DNA from: Fimicolochytrium jonesii | Lineage: Eukaryota | Length of the DNA: 64,000 nucleotides | Reading direction: 5' to 3' | NCBI RefSeq assembly: GCF_025526975.1 | Contig: NW_026515675.1 | Location: 620,001-684,000, forward strand | Shown: in pieces, positions 52,065-64,000 of the stretch | Numbering within the stretch: the first letter of the stretch is position 1 | Layout: each line of letters begins with the position of its first letter | Notes under the pieces: model-generated | What the model saw: only the letters and a program-made list of their open reading frames with translations | Told to the model about the DNA's origin: nothing | The model's database searches: none | Made by a program: the position numbers and the translations under genes

Positions 52065-55000
52065 TTACAAGGACTCGAACACTTCCTTCAACTGAGTTGC
52101 GAGCTCTTCAGAAACGACCTCGTTCGTCGTCCGTAATGTTATCCGGAACATCTGTAAATATTGGAGAACGAATCAAGTCAGCATAGTACAAATCAAAACA
52201 ATGTCATACCAACGAACGTCTACCTTCTGCGTTTCATTAGTCTCCACCCTCAACAAGCACCCAACCTTCATATCGGCGGCATTGAATACCGCAGCCGCAA
52301 CAACCGCATCGGTCCCTTGCGCTTGCTGCGCGTTATCAAACTCATCGAGGATCGCGAATCCCAGCGCCTCTCCGATCACTTTCCTGACCGTTTCATTCGA
52401 CGCCGACGTGCGCGATATATGCTGCTGCTCGCGTGTGGTTCCAATCTGTTGCCATCGGGTGATGAAGTCTTGGCGCGGGAGTTGGACTGGTGTGAGGAAT
52501 TTGGTGGGTACGATCGGCAGACGCAGGTCGAGGGCTGCGTGATGGGCGTTGTTGAAGGCGTTGGACGGTGTGAGGTTGTATGTCACGCGGAGGTGGGCTG
52601 AGAGGCCGGCTGGTGATACACATTCGACATTATACATCTGAAATGGGAAACGTTAGTTGTTGCTCGTTAGCTGGCTACTAGTTCGACTAATCACGCATAC
52701 CTGATGCAGTTGGGTCGCTGGCGGTATAACGCTCGCAATGGGCTGAGACAACGACACTCGCACTCCATCTCCACCCTTCAACTCCGTGTTCAAATCGGAT
52801 ATTGTAGCCATAGACTTGTTACCAAAGAAGACGGCGACACGACCCAAAGCGCCGTGATACTCTGTCTTGAGTCCAATTTGGATATTCGAGTCCTCGTACA
52901 GGACACCACTGGCTTCTTGGGTCAAGTGGATGAAGCGGTCCTGACTCACGCCGACCGGTTCGTTTCGCTGGTGTTGCATGTTTGAGGCTTCTGTGGCACT
53001 TCCGCCAAGATTCAGCAGCTCGCCCATGACGTTGGTTGGCTGCGTGGTAGTCGCAGCTGGTGCAGTGACGTGACCAGCTTCAACAGCTGACCGTCTGCGG
53101 TTGTCCTTCTTCACAGCCAGTTGATCCTTATTCGCGTCCAATCCCCCAATCTGCCATGTTCTTCTATCTTCCGTATCTTGCGTCTTCTTATGCAGCCTGC
53201 TCAGTAAAGCAGACTCCCGTTCCGGGAAGGCCGGCATTTCCTCGCACGCTACTTGTAGCAAGTCGTCGGTTGGAAGTGTGGCAATGGCAAGGTACTCGCA
53301 CGCTCGTTGCTGGAGCTCCACATCCAATACGAACCGATATTGCTTGAAGACGCCAATAATCTGCTCTTTGATCTCCGGGAAGACGTTGATGAATTTGAGA
53401 TACGTCGAGAGCAGCATAGCACGAGTGCCTACTGAGCACATGCTAAATTTGGAGTGCAGTGCCATGAATTGCTCCATCGGGGTGCCACCAGGTGAATTGG
53501 CAATGAGATGGCCGAACTCTCCCAGGATGTACCCTCCAACTTTCAAAGCTGTCTCGTGACACGTCGGCGATTTCAGAGCATTCAGACAGGTCCGCACAGC
53601 ATACTCTTGCAGATCTTCGTTGTTTGTGACGATTTGCACGACCCGGTACCATACTTCATCGCTGACATTGTCTCCAGCGAGGGTGATGAGCTGTAGATTG
53701 ACGTCCACATACCAATTGTAGTCGGTAGTGAACTTCTCCGTCAGGATGGCAATCTTCAGCACCAGCTCTTCACGCATTGCATAGTCTGCAACTGACAAGA
53801 ACTGCAGCAGTTCCGTTACGATGACACGTGCGTTGCTGGTGTCGCACATGCTGTACAGCAAATCGAGAGCTCTCCTCCTGACACTAATGTCTTTATCCTT
53901 CAGAGATTGAATGATCGTCTCTTGGTGTTTCTTTGCTGTGTGGACCGTTTCCGCAAATCCTGCTAAATGCGCCATTGTTTCGAGACCGAGGTACCGAATA
54001 TTGGTTTCTTTGGACGAGATGAAGCGGCCAAGAAGCGCCGAGGCCTGAACGACCAAGTCTGATTCCGGGTTGATGTGAATGGCAACATTGATGGCTTCGA
54101 AGAGCACGGCGTTCTGCGCGTTGTTGTGTTGCACATTCTTTGGGATGTCTTGCGAGTTCTTTATGATGGTCTGCAAAACATTCAGAAGCTTGTTTCGCAA
54201 GGCGGTGTCGTCTGGATGATCAAAACAGTGAAAGGGGAGCGTCAGGTTGAGGGTCACGATGCGGAGAGCGATGTCAAACAAACCTGGCGGAGGGTAGTAT
54301 TGCAGCAGCCGCAAAAGTTTGACTTGCAACCACGGCACTGGAACTTTGTAATACACATAGTCCGGACTGTACTGCCTCTCGATGACAACCTGCAAATCTT
54401 GTCAGTTTTTTGAGCGACAATTTTGAAGCGCACAATGAATTCACACCTTATGCATCCGATTGATCGCTCTAGGCACGCATCCAGAAATTGCTTCTGGATA
54501 TGACTGAGCAATAGCCAGAACCAAGCTACTGAGTGACAATAGCACTCCCTGAAAATCATAATCGATCAGAAGTCCTCTTCCACATCTATCGCTGTCGATA
54601 TTCGTTGTGTTGTATGCGCAAAAAATTACCATGTCATTCTCCTCCATCGTTATCAAAATCTTCTCTGCCCATTCCTTCGCAGGAATCAAATCCGGATGCT
54701 TCCGGAACAAGCGTAACAGGCAAAGAGCTGCCTTCTTCTTCACAAAACTCTTCGTGTGCCTTTTCCAAACATTACGAGTCAGCGCTCCCCGGTCGATGCA
54801 GTACCGTCATGAAAGCGAACGACACTCACGCTACTGTCAAAAGACGCATTACGTCGTTTGCTAACCCTTCCGCCATCTCCCTGGCAGCTATATTTGCGAT
54901 GGCCTGCAAAGCTAAACATTGGTGCAATTCGACATGATCGTCCAGGTCCTTCCGCATCGAGTTCACAACTAAGCGGACAAGTTCGTTCGTTTCCGTGATC

Positions 55001-55632
55001 ATCAACGTTACGGCAAGATATCCCTGAAAACTGAGGTTTAGAACGCCTAACATCGTTTCGAAATCCAATACAGTGCTGCGATGCCATACTATTTGTTTCT
55101 CGGAGTACTTTGGCGATGACAGCAGGTTGACAGCTTCCATGTGCCCAAAATCGACATCCCAGCCCAAGATGTACATATACAGCAGCTTGCAGACATATTT
55201 CTTCTTTTGCCGTCCACTGAGAGCTGGATCTATGTGTCGGATTGGGGTTAAAGGATTGTCAACAGCAAGAAAGTAGAATTCGTCGCCTTCGGTCCGTTCG
55301 ACGTGTGCGTAATGGGGGCAGTCAAGCTACCTTTAAATTTGGACCGAATATTCGCCAGCTCCTTGTTGACTCTCTTCTCCTCCAGTTCCCGTGCCCGGCC
55401 TGGGTTCGAACGTAAATGGCAACAGTGAGCCAATGAGAAACATAGTGGGCAACGACGAAGTGGACTGAAACCACATCTCTACGCAGACTCAAACAAAAAC
55501 CGCAGAGTTCCATACAGTTTCGAAGGTCAGCTATGAACACCGTCAGACCGCGCATAGACTACGTGGAATACGAAGGTCAGAAGGAATGTGAACAAAGATG
55601 CTCAAGATGGGTCCTCAAGATGTGCACACCAT
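52065..55632 (-). CDS. APL3: AP-2 adaptor complex alpha subunit; multi-exon
   Basis: MRGLTVFIADLRN, KELANIRSKFK, FGHMEAVNLL, VPWLQVKLLRLLQYYP, SKETNIRYLGLE, DVELQQRACEYL, appendage domain. First coding exon may be a lone ATG at 55630-55632; otherwise the start is 55555. Confidence 0.97.
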
Positions 55633-56251
55633 ATTGAGCTATTTTCTGACAGAAACTCCGGAAAGCGAGACTTTGCGGACACTAGCGGTTCGTTCCAGCT
55701 ATGCTTTAGAGCGGGACTAGGTAACGAGTTTGGCGCGGGCTCCAGGAGGCCAGAAAGAACGACGGAAAGGGCTTAATGTCAAAAGCTGGGGTCTCTGGAG
55801 TTGCGTTGGGTTGTGAATTCTGAACGCGCCGTTCGTCTGCCGCTCGATTGATCGCACGGACATGACAGCCCCAACACGCGAGCCTCTTCCACGGAACATG
55901 GGCATCTTGCAGCGTCCGCCCTCGTCGCCTCTGCATACTGTATGCACCTATGTACAGAGGGCATGTACGTGTATAGGCATCGCCGGAGGAGCTGCCTCAT
56001 GTATGTCTCCCCTCAACCGGCCGGGCATGGGACCTGATATCAGACCTGTTAAGACTAGTAGGTTTGAATACCTGCCGTCCAACGTTTTGCACAACGGCTG
56101 CACAGTGTATATACTATGCTGGCTTTCAATTTTGTATTGTATTTGCGAGCACGAAGCTACACCCGACCCATTCAATACGCCGGTATTTCCCACGCTGCAT
56201 TACGCCGTCTCAGTTCCATCCCCGTCCCTGCCGCCCGCAAGCACGAGGTAA

Positions 56252-58930
56252 CTAGGGTAAATCTAGAGAAATCTCTAGGTTCCTGAGACTTGTACCAGAT
56301 GTGTCAGGCATCAACACCCAGACCATGGCCATCATCATCGCAAAGAGGAAGATATCACGGCAAGCACTCTCGCCCCGATCCACTGTGTTGCGAGATTCAG
56401 CTGAGGAGCACTCGAAGACCCGAATGCGCATTTTTCCCTTTAGCTTCCCGATACGTGGGCGTGGATGCACTGAAGATCTGCAAATTCCCTTTCATCGCAT
56501 GCTGGCGGAGGCTATCTTTCCATCCGACGTCTGCCGTCTCATCCCCGTCTTCGTTATCTTCGCCGTCAGACTTACATCACTGGCGTTAAGTGAGATTCAC
56601 CCTGCATCGAGGGGCGATATCCTCGACAAATGGAAGTGGAAGGCGGTTGAAAAGTCAGTCGTTGAATAAAGTGTTCCATTGTCGAGCTCGCCAACCTTTC
56701 ATAAGAAAGTCGAGGTATCTGTAAGTTACGACGCATCGTATTGCCAACATCGAGAGCGCGAGCCAATGTACCAGAAAAGGGCAGCCCACGATGAACCGCC
56801 ACGGAGATCCTCAGCGCATCAAGAGAGGGAACACATTTTATGTGCAGTTTGGCGCTTAGCTGTCATTGTGCGTGGGAATTTGCGGGTTTGGTCTTGCCCT
56901 TCCTCCTGCCTTCCACTATTTTATTTGGGTGTAGCGACCACACAACGGCTTGTATCAAAAATGCGAGTCTCTTAGCTCTTGCCGGCGTTTGGCGCGGAGA
57001 TCGATGGCGTCGGCGTTGTTAATGGCGTCGCTGCTGTCATTTGCACACTTGTTGTCCATTACCTTCGCCTTTTTGGCTGAATCTGCGTGGTCCTTGGGTA
57101 TTTGCCCTACGGGACTAGGCCCGGTGGCCACCGCCTTGAACACAAGCTTAAACAGCTTGAATGCTACCACACCCCATTCCGCGCTCTCCCGACATTCTCC
57201 CTCTCTCCGCCTCTTCGGCAGCTTTTTGGGATGAAATGAAGGCTATGGCAGCCTTCTCATCCTTGGTCGCTTATGTTGGACACTTTGTAACTTCGATTGC
57301 CCTTGGCATCGCCTTCGTTGTTGGCTTCGCTGTTGTTATTGACTTCGTTGTTAGCTTCGTCGTTGCCGTGGTTTGAATCCTTCGACTTCTTCGTGCCGTT
57401 TTTATCCCCCGTCTTCTTACTGACCTCTTTCACCTTCACGCGCACATCATTCAGCACCAGTTCCAACCTTGCACCAGCCCGATCTGGGGTGGAGTTCTTG
57501 ACAAACTTCATCATATCATGCTCTTCACGCTTTCCATCGATGTTCTCATTAATGGTCACCTTGCCCCGCTGCCCCTACTGCCTCCACTGCGAGCCTCCAC
57601 TGTTGAGCCTCGCCACCGACCTTCACGATTCAGTCCCAACACGACGCTCCCGAAAGTCTGAGCTCTAAAAGTCAAGAGGGCTCCAATCTGGGCCAGCAAG
57701 TGGGAACCGTCACTGGACACCCACAGTGATCATTGAACGACGTTACGGTGACGATGCTGCTTGCCCATTGTCCCGCTATGCGCCAGTGAAGTGCCCGCGC
57801 AAAATAGCGGAGAACGATGTCCAGAGAGCAGCTCGCTCGCCCAATGTCATGTTCTTCACCGGCTTGATGAAGACCCAAAGATCAACACCGTTCAGATCTT
57901 CAATCTCCTCAGCGTCTGCAGCGGTGCGTCGAGTATGCTCAGATCGACCTACGATCCAGCGTCCTACATCTTTGCGGCAGTCAGTATCGCGGAGCGCAAG
58001 CAGCAAAAGTAGGTGCTGGATGGGATGACATTCTTTGGGGTCGGGTTTGGAGAGGATGCGCGAGTCCAGGAACTGTCGGCCGAACGCCTTCATGGTGTCT
58101 ATGAGAGGCATAATACCCTGGCTTTGAAAACCGCTAGAACTGGGGCGCGGAATCCTTGAGCAGGTCATTCCTCCACGGTGGTAGTACTGTAACATGACCG
58201 ATAGACTCCACACTAACTCCAGTGGCAGGGCTCGAGTCGGTAAAACCTAGGAGACATGACAGCACAGGCCTCGCGGTCTCGGGAACAGCAAACGGCTGGG
58301 AACGGCCTATGCAGCCCCTCGAGCCATTTGCAGCTCGTATGAGCCGGTCCCAAATTAGAAGCGGCGTAGTTTGCGGCTCTTTGAGCCGTCCCGAGTTGGA
58401 ACGGCGGGGCTCAATTCGTAGGTAGCTCGTTGAGCCATTCCCAGATCGGAACGGCGTGTGTAGCCGTCCCGAGTGGGAACGGCGTGTTGCTCTCGGTGAG
58501 CTGTTCCGGAGTGGGGAACAGCGTCCATATTGCTGATGCAGCTGGTCCCGAATGGGGACCAGCGTGCGATGTGCTGCCAAACTCCAAAGTGCTGAGAAGC
58601 TCGGCAGCGTTGTAGAAAACAGAGAAGAGGAATTTCCATCAGTTCTCAAAGAGCGGAGTTTTAGGCCGGGTGTTGGAGCGGAGTTACAGCTGAGGACAAG
58701 CCACATCCGCGCCACATGTCAATGCTAAACACAGATAAATCACTCTTCCACGTGCAGGGATTCCCAGCGGTGACTGGATCGACTCTCGATCGATGACGGT
58801 GCAGACGATGGGAAATGCAGTGTCTGGACTTCGAAATTTCGGCCTGAGAAAATCCAAGCCCTCTGTGAGACTGTGACCAGCTCCACAACGCTCTTCGACA
58901 TCTGGCAGTTCGGCGTGGCACTCCATCACT
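56252..58930 (-). pseudogene. Decayed coding-like interval (pseudogene or mobile-element relic)
   Basis: Protein-like minus-strand fragments (57776-58213, 57257-57559, 56955-57170) are linked by in-frame stops and frameshifts rather than clean introns. No recognisable domain. Confidence 0.35.
58341..58609 (-). repeat. Array of about 7 related palindromic stem-loops with variable spacers (candidate structured RNA or ssDNA element)
   Basis: Units start near 58343, 58385, 58434, 58463, 58500, 58541 and 58573. Minus-strand consensus is about ACGCYGTTCC-loop-GGRACRGC. Confidence 0.75.
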
Positions 58931-58999
58931 TGCTTGGCATCAGCATAGAGTATTACGCTCCACTATCTCTCCTTGCATTCGTAACAGAGTCAACCCAAC

Positions 59000-59723
59000 A
59001 TGCCCGACGTTCGATCCGTAACAGAAACGCCCAGCAATATCGTCGAAAAGGATGAAAACCCCGATAGCGAAGAGGACACCCCAGTGTATGGAAACAAGGG
59101 CTTCTTCTCTTTCCTGAAAGACTGGAGCCCGGGGTCTCTTCGGGGGCGGAGGTCGCAGCGTCAGGACCCTGTTGCTGTCGGTGCGCCGATTCCGCCTAAC
59201 CCTAAGCTGTTCTTTGCGAATGAGAGGACATTCTTGCACTGGATGAACTGTACGTTTCGAAATCGTGGCCGAGGGCGGAGAGTGGGTTATATCGCACGAG
59301 ATATCTGGGGACCCTTTCAGCACATGAACTAATGCTGCTTGTTGTATGTTCTCCTCTTGACAGTGTGCGTTATTCTGGGCGGTTTGAGCATGGCCTTGTT
59401 GAACTTTGGCGACAGAGTGGCACAAACTGCAGCGGCAGCGTTCGGATTGATTAGCGTCATCTTGATGTTCTACTCACTGGCGCAGTTCTGGATTCGGGCG
59501 GAAAGGTTGACGAAAAAAGGTGGGTGTCAGGGATGCTGGATACGATTCAACAGCAACGTTACTAAACCTCCATCTTCTAGAACGAGGGAACGTGTTCGAA
59601 GACCCAGTAGGAATTCTGGCGATGGTCGCAGTCGTTTTCCTCGCTGTCGGAATAAATCTGGGTCTGCAGTTTACGACGGGCACGAGTATGATACATAGCC
59701 TATTCGCCGCCTCAAACCACTAA
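59000..59723 (+). CDS. VTC1: Vacuolar transporter chaperone 1-like (DUF202); two introns
   Basis: PNPKLFFANERTFLHWMN|LCVILGGLSMALLNFGD...FEDPVGILAMVAVVFLAVGIN, three TM helices. Confidence 0.88.
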
Positions 59724-59867
59724 GCAGTGTGCATAGGCCCCATAGCGATATCTCAGAGTGCGAAACGTGGTCTGGAATGGCGAAAAGGCGGCAATTATAT
59801 CTTATTTATTAATCCCAAAACGCAACAAGACATGGATTGAATCCGTGAAGTAAGACTTCCGATCTTT

Positions 59868-61636
59868 CTAATAGACGTATGGTATGAAGATATAGGGCAC
59901 CTTCTCGCAGTACGCGTCCCAATCCGCGCCATACTTCTGCTTGCAGCGCTCCATGTCTCGACTGACACGGTGAACGAGGACGCACGTAAAGAAAACGACA
60001 TAGAAGTACGGGATCCACGAATCGAAACCGCAGATGAGACCCCAGCTGAGGGCCATGGACAGATCGGCCGTATAATGTATTTTGCGCGCGACGCCCCACC
60101 ATCCGGACGTGAGGAGCTGGCTGCCGTGCTGGGTGGTGATGTAGGTCGGGTCGACGATGGTGCCCCAGGGGAGTTGGGGGAAGGCTTTGCGGGGGATGTA
60201 GGTGCCGGACTGTGACATGCGGAAGCGGTTCTTCTGCGAGTTGGCGGTGTCCCACACGTAGTAGGCGAGGATTAGCAAGGCGTACTCGAAGACGAGGAAG
60301 ACGGGGTGGTGGTTGATGGAGCGGCCGGTTTCGGTTTTGAGGAGATACAGGGAGGAATAGCAGTAGGTGAAGGGGACGCCGGACTAGAGGAGAGGTTTGG
60401 ACGTTAGCATTCGAAAGGGAGTTTCCAGTCCAATCGTCCACACGCAGCACTCACAAAGTTCCAGAAAATCAGCATGAAACCCCATCTGAGGGGAAAAAGA
60501 AGGCAGTTGTAAGACAAATGGTGAACACACAAACGCAAACGCCGCCTCAACATACTTCTCGTAAAAGATATCCCAAGTGGTCGGAATGCACTCCTCGCCC
60601 TTCATACAAGCATTGACATACAACGCGTGTGCCAACACCATAAACAAAACCTCAGGCCTGACCGCTCCGGTCACCTCCCACTCCTTGAAAGCAGCCGACA
60701 CGGTGATGTAAAACAACAACACCCAAGGGATGCGAATCTCCGCCCAGATCTTCAAATCAACGATCCCAATGCGCGGGTTGAGCACCGCACCCATGAAAAT
60801 GTCGTACATCACGTAGCCGGACATGCGGTGGGATTTGTTGCAGAGCACGCCGTAGAGGTAGGTGGCGATTGTGACGCCAAAACCGAAGATCATAGACACG
60901 GTCATGAGAGGGCCGAAATTGTCGATGATGCGGGAGATGGGCATTAGACCGGTGTAATGCATGATCACACTGGGGGAGTTTTGCATAGATGAGTGAGACT
61001 CTTCTCCATCGCAGTCCGTCATGATTTCGAATATCCGCCCAATTCTGTCCATACCTGGCGACAATGGTCGCATACCAACTCGACAGCCCATTACATAAAT
61101 ATTCCAATTGCTTGAATCCCAAACTCGGAACCGGAAGTCCTTTTACAACCGGTCCCGGCATGAAAGCCGCCAAAGCGAATTGGAAAAAGATGAAGATAGT
61201 GTACGATGTGACAGCAAACACGTTGGGAGCGGCATGCTTCACCAGTAGATCCCATTGCTGGAGAGACCACTCTCCTATCGTGTCGAGACTGGCGGGATGG
61301 GCCAGGTGGCCGTTATTGAACTCGATGCAGATCCAGAAATAATACATCAGCGAGGGGAAGAAGATCATCATTATCGTGACGCCTGCGAGAGGAAGGCCGC
61401 GTCAGTGCCGCCAGATGTCACTGATGGACTCCACTAAACCCCTCAACAGCTATGTAACTCCGAGGCTCACCAATAGGCCCGCCGAACTCCAGATGGATCT
61501 GCTTATCCAGCTGCAAGTCGATCGTCTTATTCACATTAGATGGATGCGACGGCGCTCGGGCGCGATGGGCGGTCGGGAGCAAAGGCTCATCCTCGCGCGC
61601 TCTCTCGTCGGTATCAACGTTTCTTGACTGTGCCAT
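59868..61636 (-). CDS. ERG4: Delta24(24(1))-sterol reductase; multi-exon
   Basis: LEFGGPIG, FMGAVLNPRIG, NACMKGEECIPTTWDIFYEK, WDTANSQKNRFR, GWWGVARKIHYTAD, HRVSRDMERCKQKYG. Confidence 0.93.
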
Positions 61637-62507
61637 TTTTTCGGCGGCGCTGAACTTTTGTCCGAGTCTGACGGCTGGCTATCTTGTCTGAAATATGACC
61701 TGGTCTGCAATGGACTAGCAAGTGGACAGTGTGGGGTGATGTGCGAACGCGTCAAGGCAGAAGCTTTCAACCCCGAAGCGCGAAGCCCTTTGCCCTTCCG
61801 CTTTATACGAACTTGACCTCCACAAATTATGTCGCGGGAGGGTTTAGTTCATCCATCCCTCATCATGACACTCGGACATCGGACAAGGCTGCATTTTATT
61901 AGAGATTGCAGTGACCTGGAGTTCAGGGATGCATGGCAAATGGCGCTTGGCCCACGCGTGAACGGTTCCCGACACGCAATATTTCCGAGGAAGGGGGAGG
62001 CTTGCTGAATAATACACGGGAAGATCGGAAGATGCGTATGGCGTGTTCTGACAGAACTTGACAGGAAAATGGAAGCCCAATTGTTCTCTCTGAGCTCCTT
62101 TGCACCACTGTGGTGTTCCATACGATCTGACGTACTCAATAAGAAGTACCGGAGTCCGAGCCATTGGGATTGTTGCGTTTTCCACCGGAGCACTGGAAGC
62201 GTGACGCACGCCTGGAATTGACGGTTGGCGCTATACTAACTCGAATAGGCATCCCCGCAAAAGGTGCCATTGGCAAACAGACGCTCACAACCATAAGGTT
62301 TTAAGGGGTGGGAACTGTCCGCGGCGCCACATTACGTATATAAAGGCCTGCTTCGGGTGGGGCTCCTGCTTGCCTCCTATCCCTCTGACCAGCTAGTTCG
62401 TCAGTGCGTTGTCTGAGGTGCCAAGCCGCCTGCCTTCTATTCTTCTGACCGGCCAGTCTTCATTGCATTGTCTGAGTATAGTCTGGGTATAAGTTCGGCG
62501 AAACGCG

Positions 62508-64000
62508 ATGGTCTCATTCTCAGTCTTCCCACGACGCTCGGCATGGCTCGCCGGAGCTGTCCTCGCAGCGCTGTCATTCGGGCCCGCCTCCATTCAAGCC
62601 CAAGGCAATGTCGGAGACCCCGCGGCCGGGAAAAGGCCGGCTGTTATGGTCACTCCTCCTGCAGGCCCCGTCAATTCGGCGACTTACACGGCACCTCCCG
62701 AACCAAAGTACGACTACGTTGATGCGCTTCACAAGAGTTTCCTATTTTACTGGGCCCAGCGCTCGGGCAAGCTGCCTTACCAGCGTCTCGCGTGGCGTGG
62801 GGACTCCTTTATTGGCTTGAAGGGCCCCCATGGGGAAGATATTAGCGGTGGATGGTTCGAGGCGGCCAACACGATGAAGTGGGGAGGCCCTTTCGCATTC
62901 ACGGCTATGCAGCTAGCTTGGAACGTCTACGAGTTCGGCGACGCGATGAAGCAGACCAACGAATTGAACGAGGCGCTCGCGTGGGTCAGGGTCGGTGCCG
63001 AGCAGCTCGTTGGTCTCTACACGACGGACGGAACGACTGAGAGGTTGATTGGGCTGATTGGTGACTCTGCTCGTGTTGAGAACGGGAAAATAGTCGATGT
63101 GGACTTTGGGTATTTTGGACCACCTGAGGAGTATCAGCAGTGGGTTCCTGGTGGCCAGCCTCCCGGAGTGTACTACTGTGAGGGATCGCCGACGGTCAAC
63201 AAAGGCTGCTCGGGTATCGCCGGTGACTACGCGGCAGCTCTCGCTCTCAGTTCCTTGGTCCTGCGTCCGTACGACGCCCCGTTTGCAGACCGCTGCTTGG
63301 CCGCTGCTCGGTCGATCTACAGCTTTGGGACAAAGTACGTTGGAACTTATAGCGATGCCACAAAGTTCCCCGAACAAGCGTGGAAAAACTATCAAGATTG
63401 GTACGGGGCTGCTACCGCGGACGACGAATTGGCTTTGGCTGCCACCTGGTTATACACGGCGACGAAGGAGAAGGCCTACCTTGATGCTGCCACAGCCTCG
63501 GCTGCGAAGATCGATGCATTTTCAGAGTACTCATGGGGCGACAAGGGGATTGCCGTGTACATCTTGCTCAACAGGATTGCCCCCAGCGCCGCCCTGCAGA
63601 CTCAAATCACCACCACCTTCAGATCGTATCTTCCGGGAGGTAGCGTCAAGCGCACCCCTCGTGGACTGGTGTGGAACGAACCCAAAGGTTAGCAACCAGC
63701 TTACTACATGTATACTCCCGGAAATCCCTGAGTTGACCCCTTCTTCCTTTAGCAAACACAGTGATTTGGGGAAGCTTGAGTTACGCGGCGAATCTAGGGT
63801 TTTTGGGGCTAGTTCACGCTAAAGGATCCCCGGGCGCGCCCACCGACCCCACGTTTGCCACACAGCTACGAACTTTCGCGGTTCAGCAGATCAACTACAT
63901 TCTGGGCGACACCGGTCGGTCGTGGCTGGTTGGGTTTGGCACGAACTTTCCCAAGTCACCCTACCACAAGTCGAGTTACAACTCATTCATCGATTACCCT
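62508..64000 (+). CDS. Secreted glycoside hydrolase family 9-like protein (runs off the window end)
   Basis: Signal peptide, YVDALHKSFLFYWAQRSGKLP...WRGDS, DELALAATWLYTAT, YSWGDK, TPRGL, QINYILGDTGRSWLVGFG. TATATAAA near 62337. Confidence 0.88.

Noticed and set aside
58341..58609. Hairpin array as a bona fide CRISPR array
   Set aside because: Repeats are diverged, spacers are short and irregular, no cas genes are present and the context is eukaryotic. Kept only as an unexplained structured array.
56252..58930. Fanzor/TnpB or transposase in the decayed interval
   Set aside because: No RuvC, zinc-finger, DDE, RT or Rep/helicase motifs were recognisable in any frame.

Overview
This is gene-dense, intron-rich eukaryotic DNA, most likely from a zoosporic (chytrid-type) fungus. 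It combines fungal housekeeping genes (ERG4, VTC1, RIB4, ADE1, MAS2, SNF8, RPN8, DIB1, TAD2, APL3, SNF12/BAF60) with cilium-associated genes: TBC1D32/BROMI, an IQCB1/NPHP5-like gene, a lebercilin-FN3 gene and a beta-tubulin carrying the axonemal EGEFxxx tail. About 28 protein-coding genes can be supported. Most are split by short GT-AG introns, so the ORF track shows only fragments and the coordinates given are approximate start-to-stop spans. Three secreted CAZyme-type genes are present (CE4, PL14, GH9); the PL14 and GH9 proteins have altered catalytic motifs. Two accessory, decayed intervals (about 13.7-15.5 kb and 56.2-58.9 kb) contain repeats. The most unusual signal is an array of about 7 related, covarying stem-loops at 58341-58609 with irregular spacers, whose mismatches become G-U pairs only on the minus strand. 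All family assignments come from motif recognition by eye, not from database searches.
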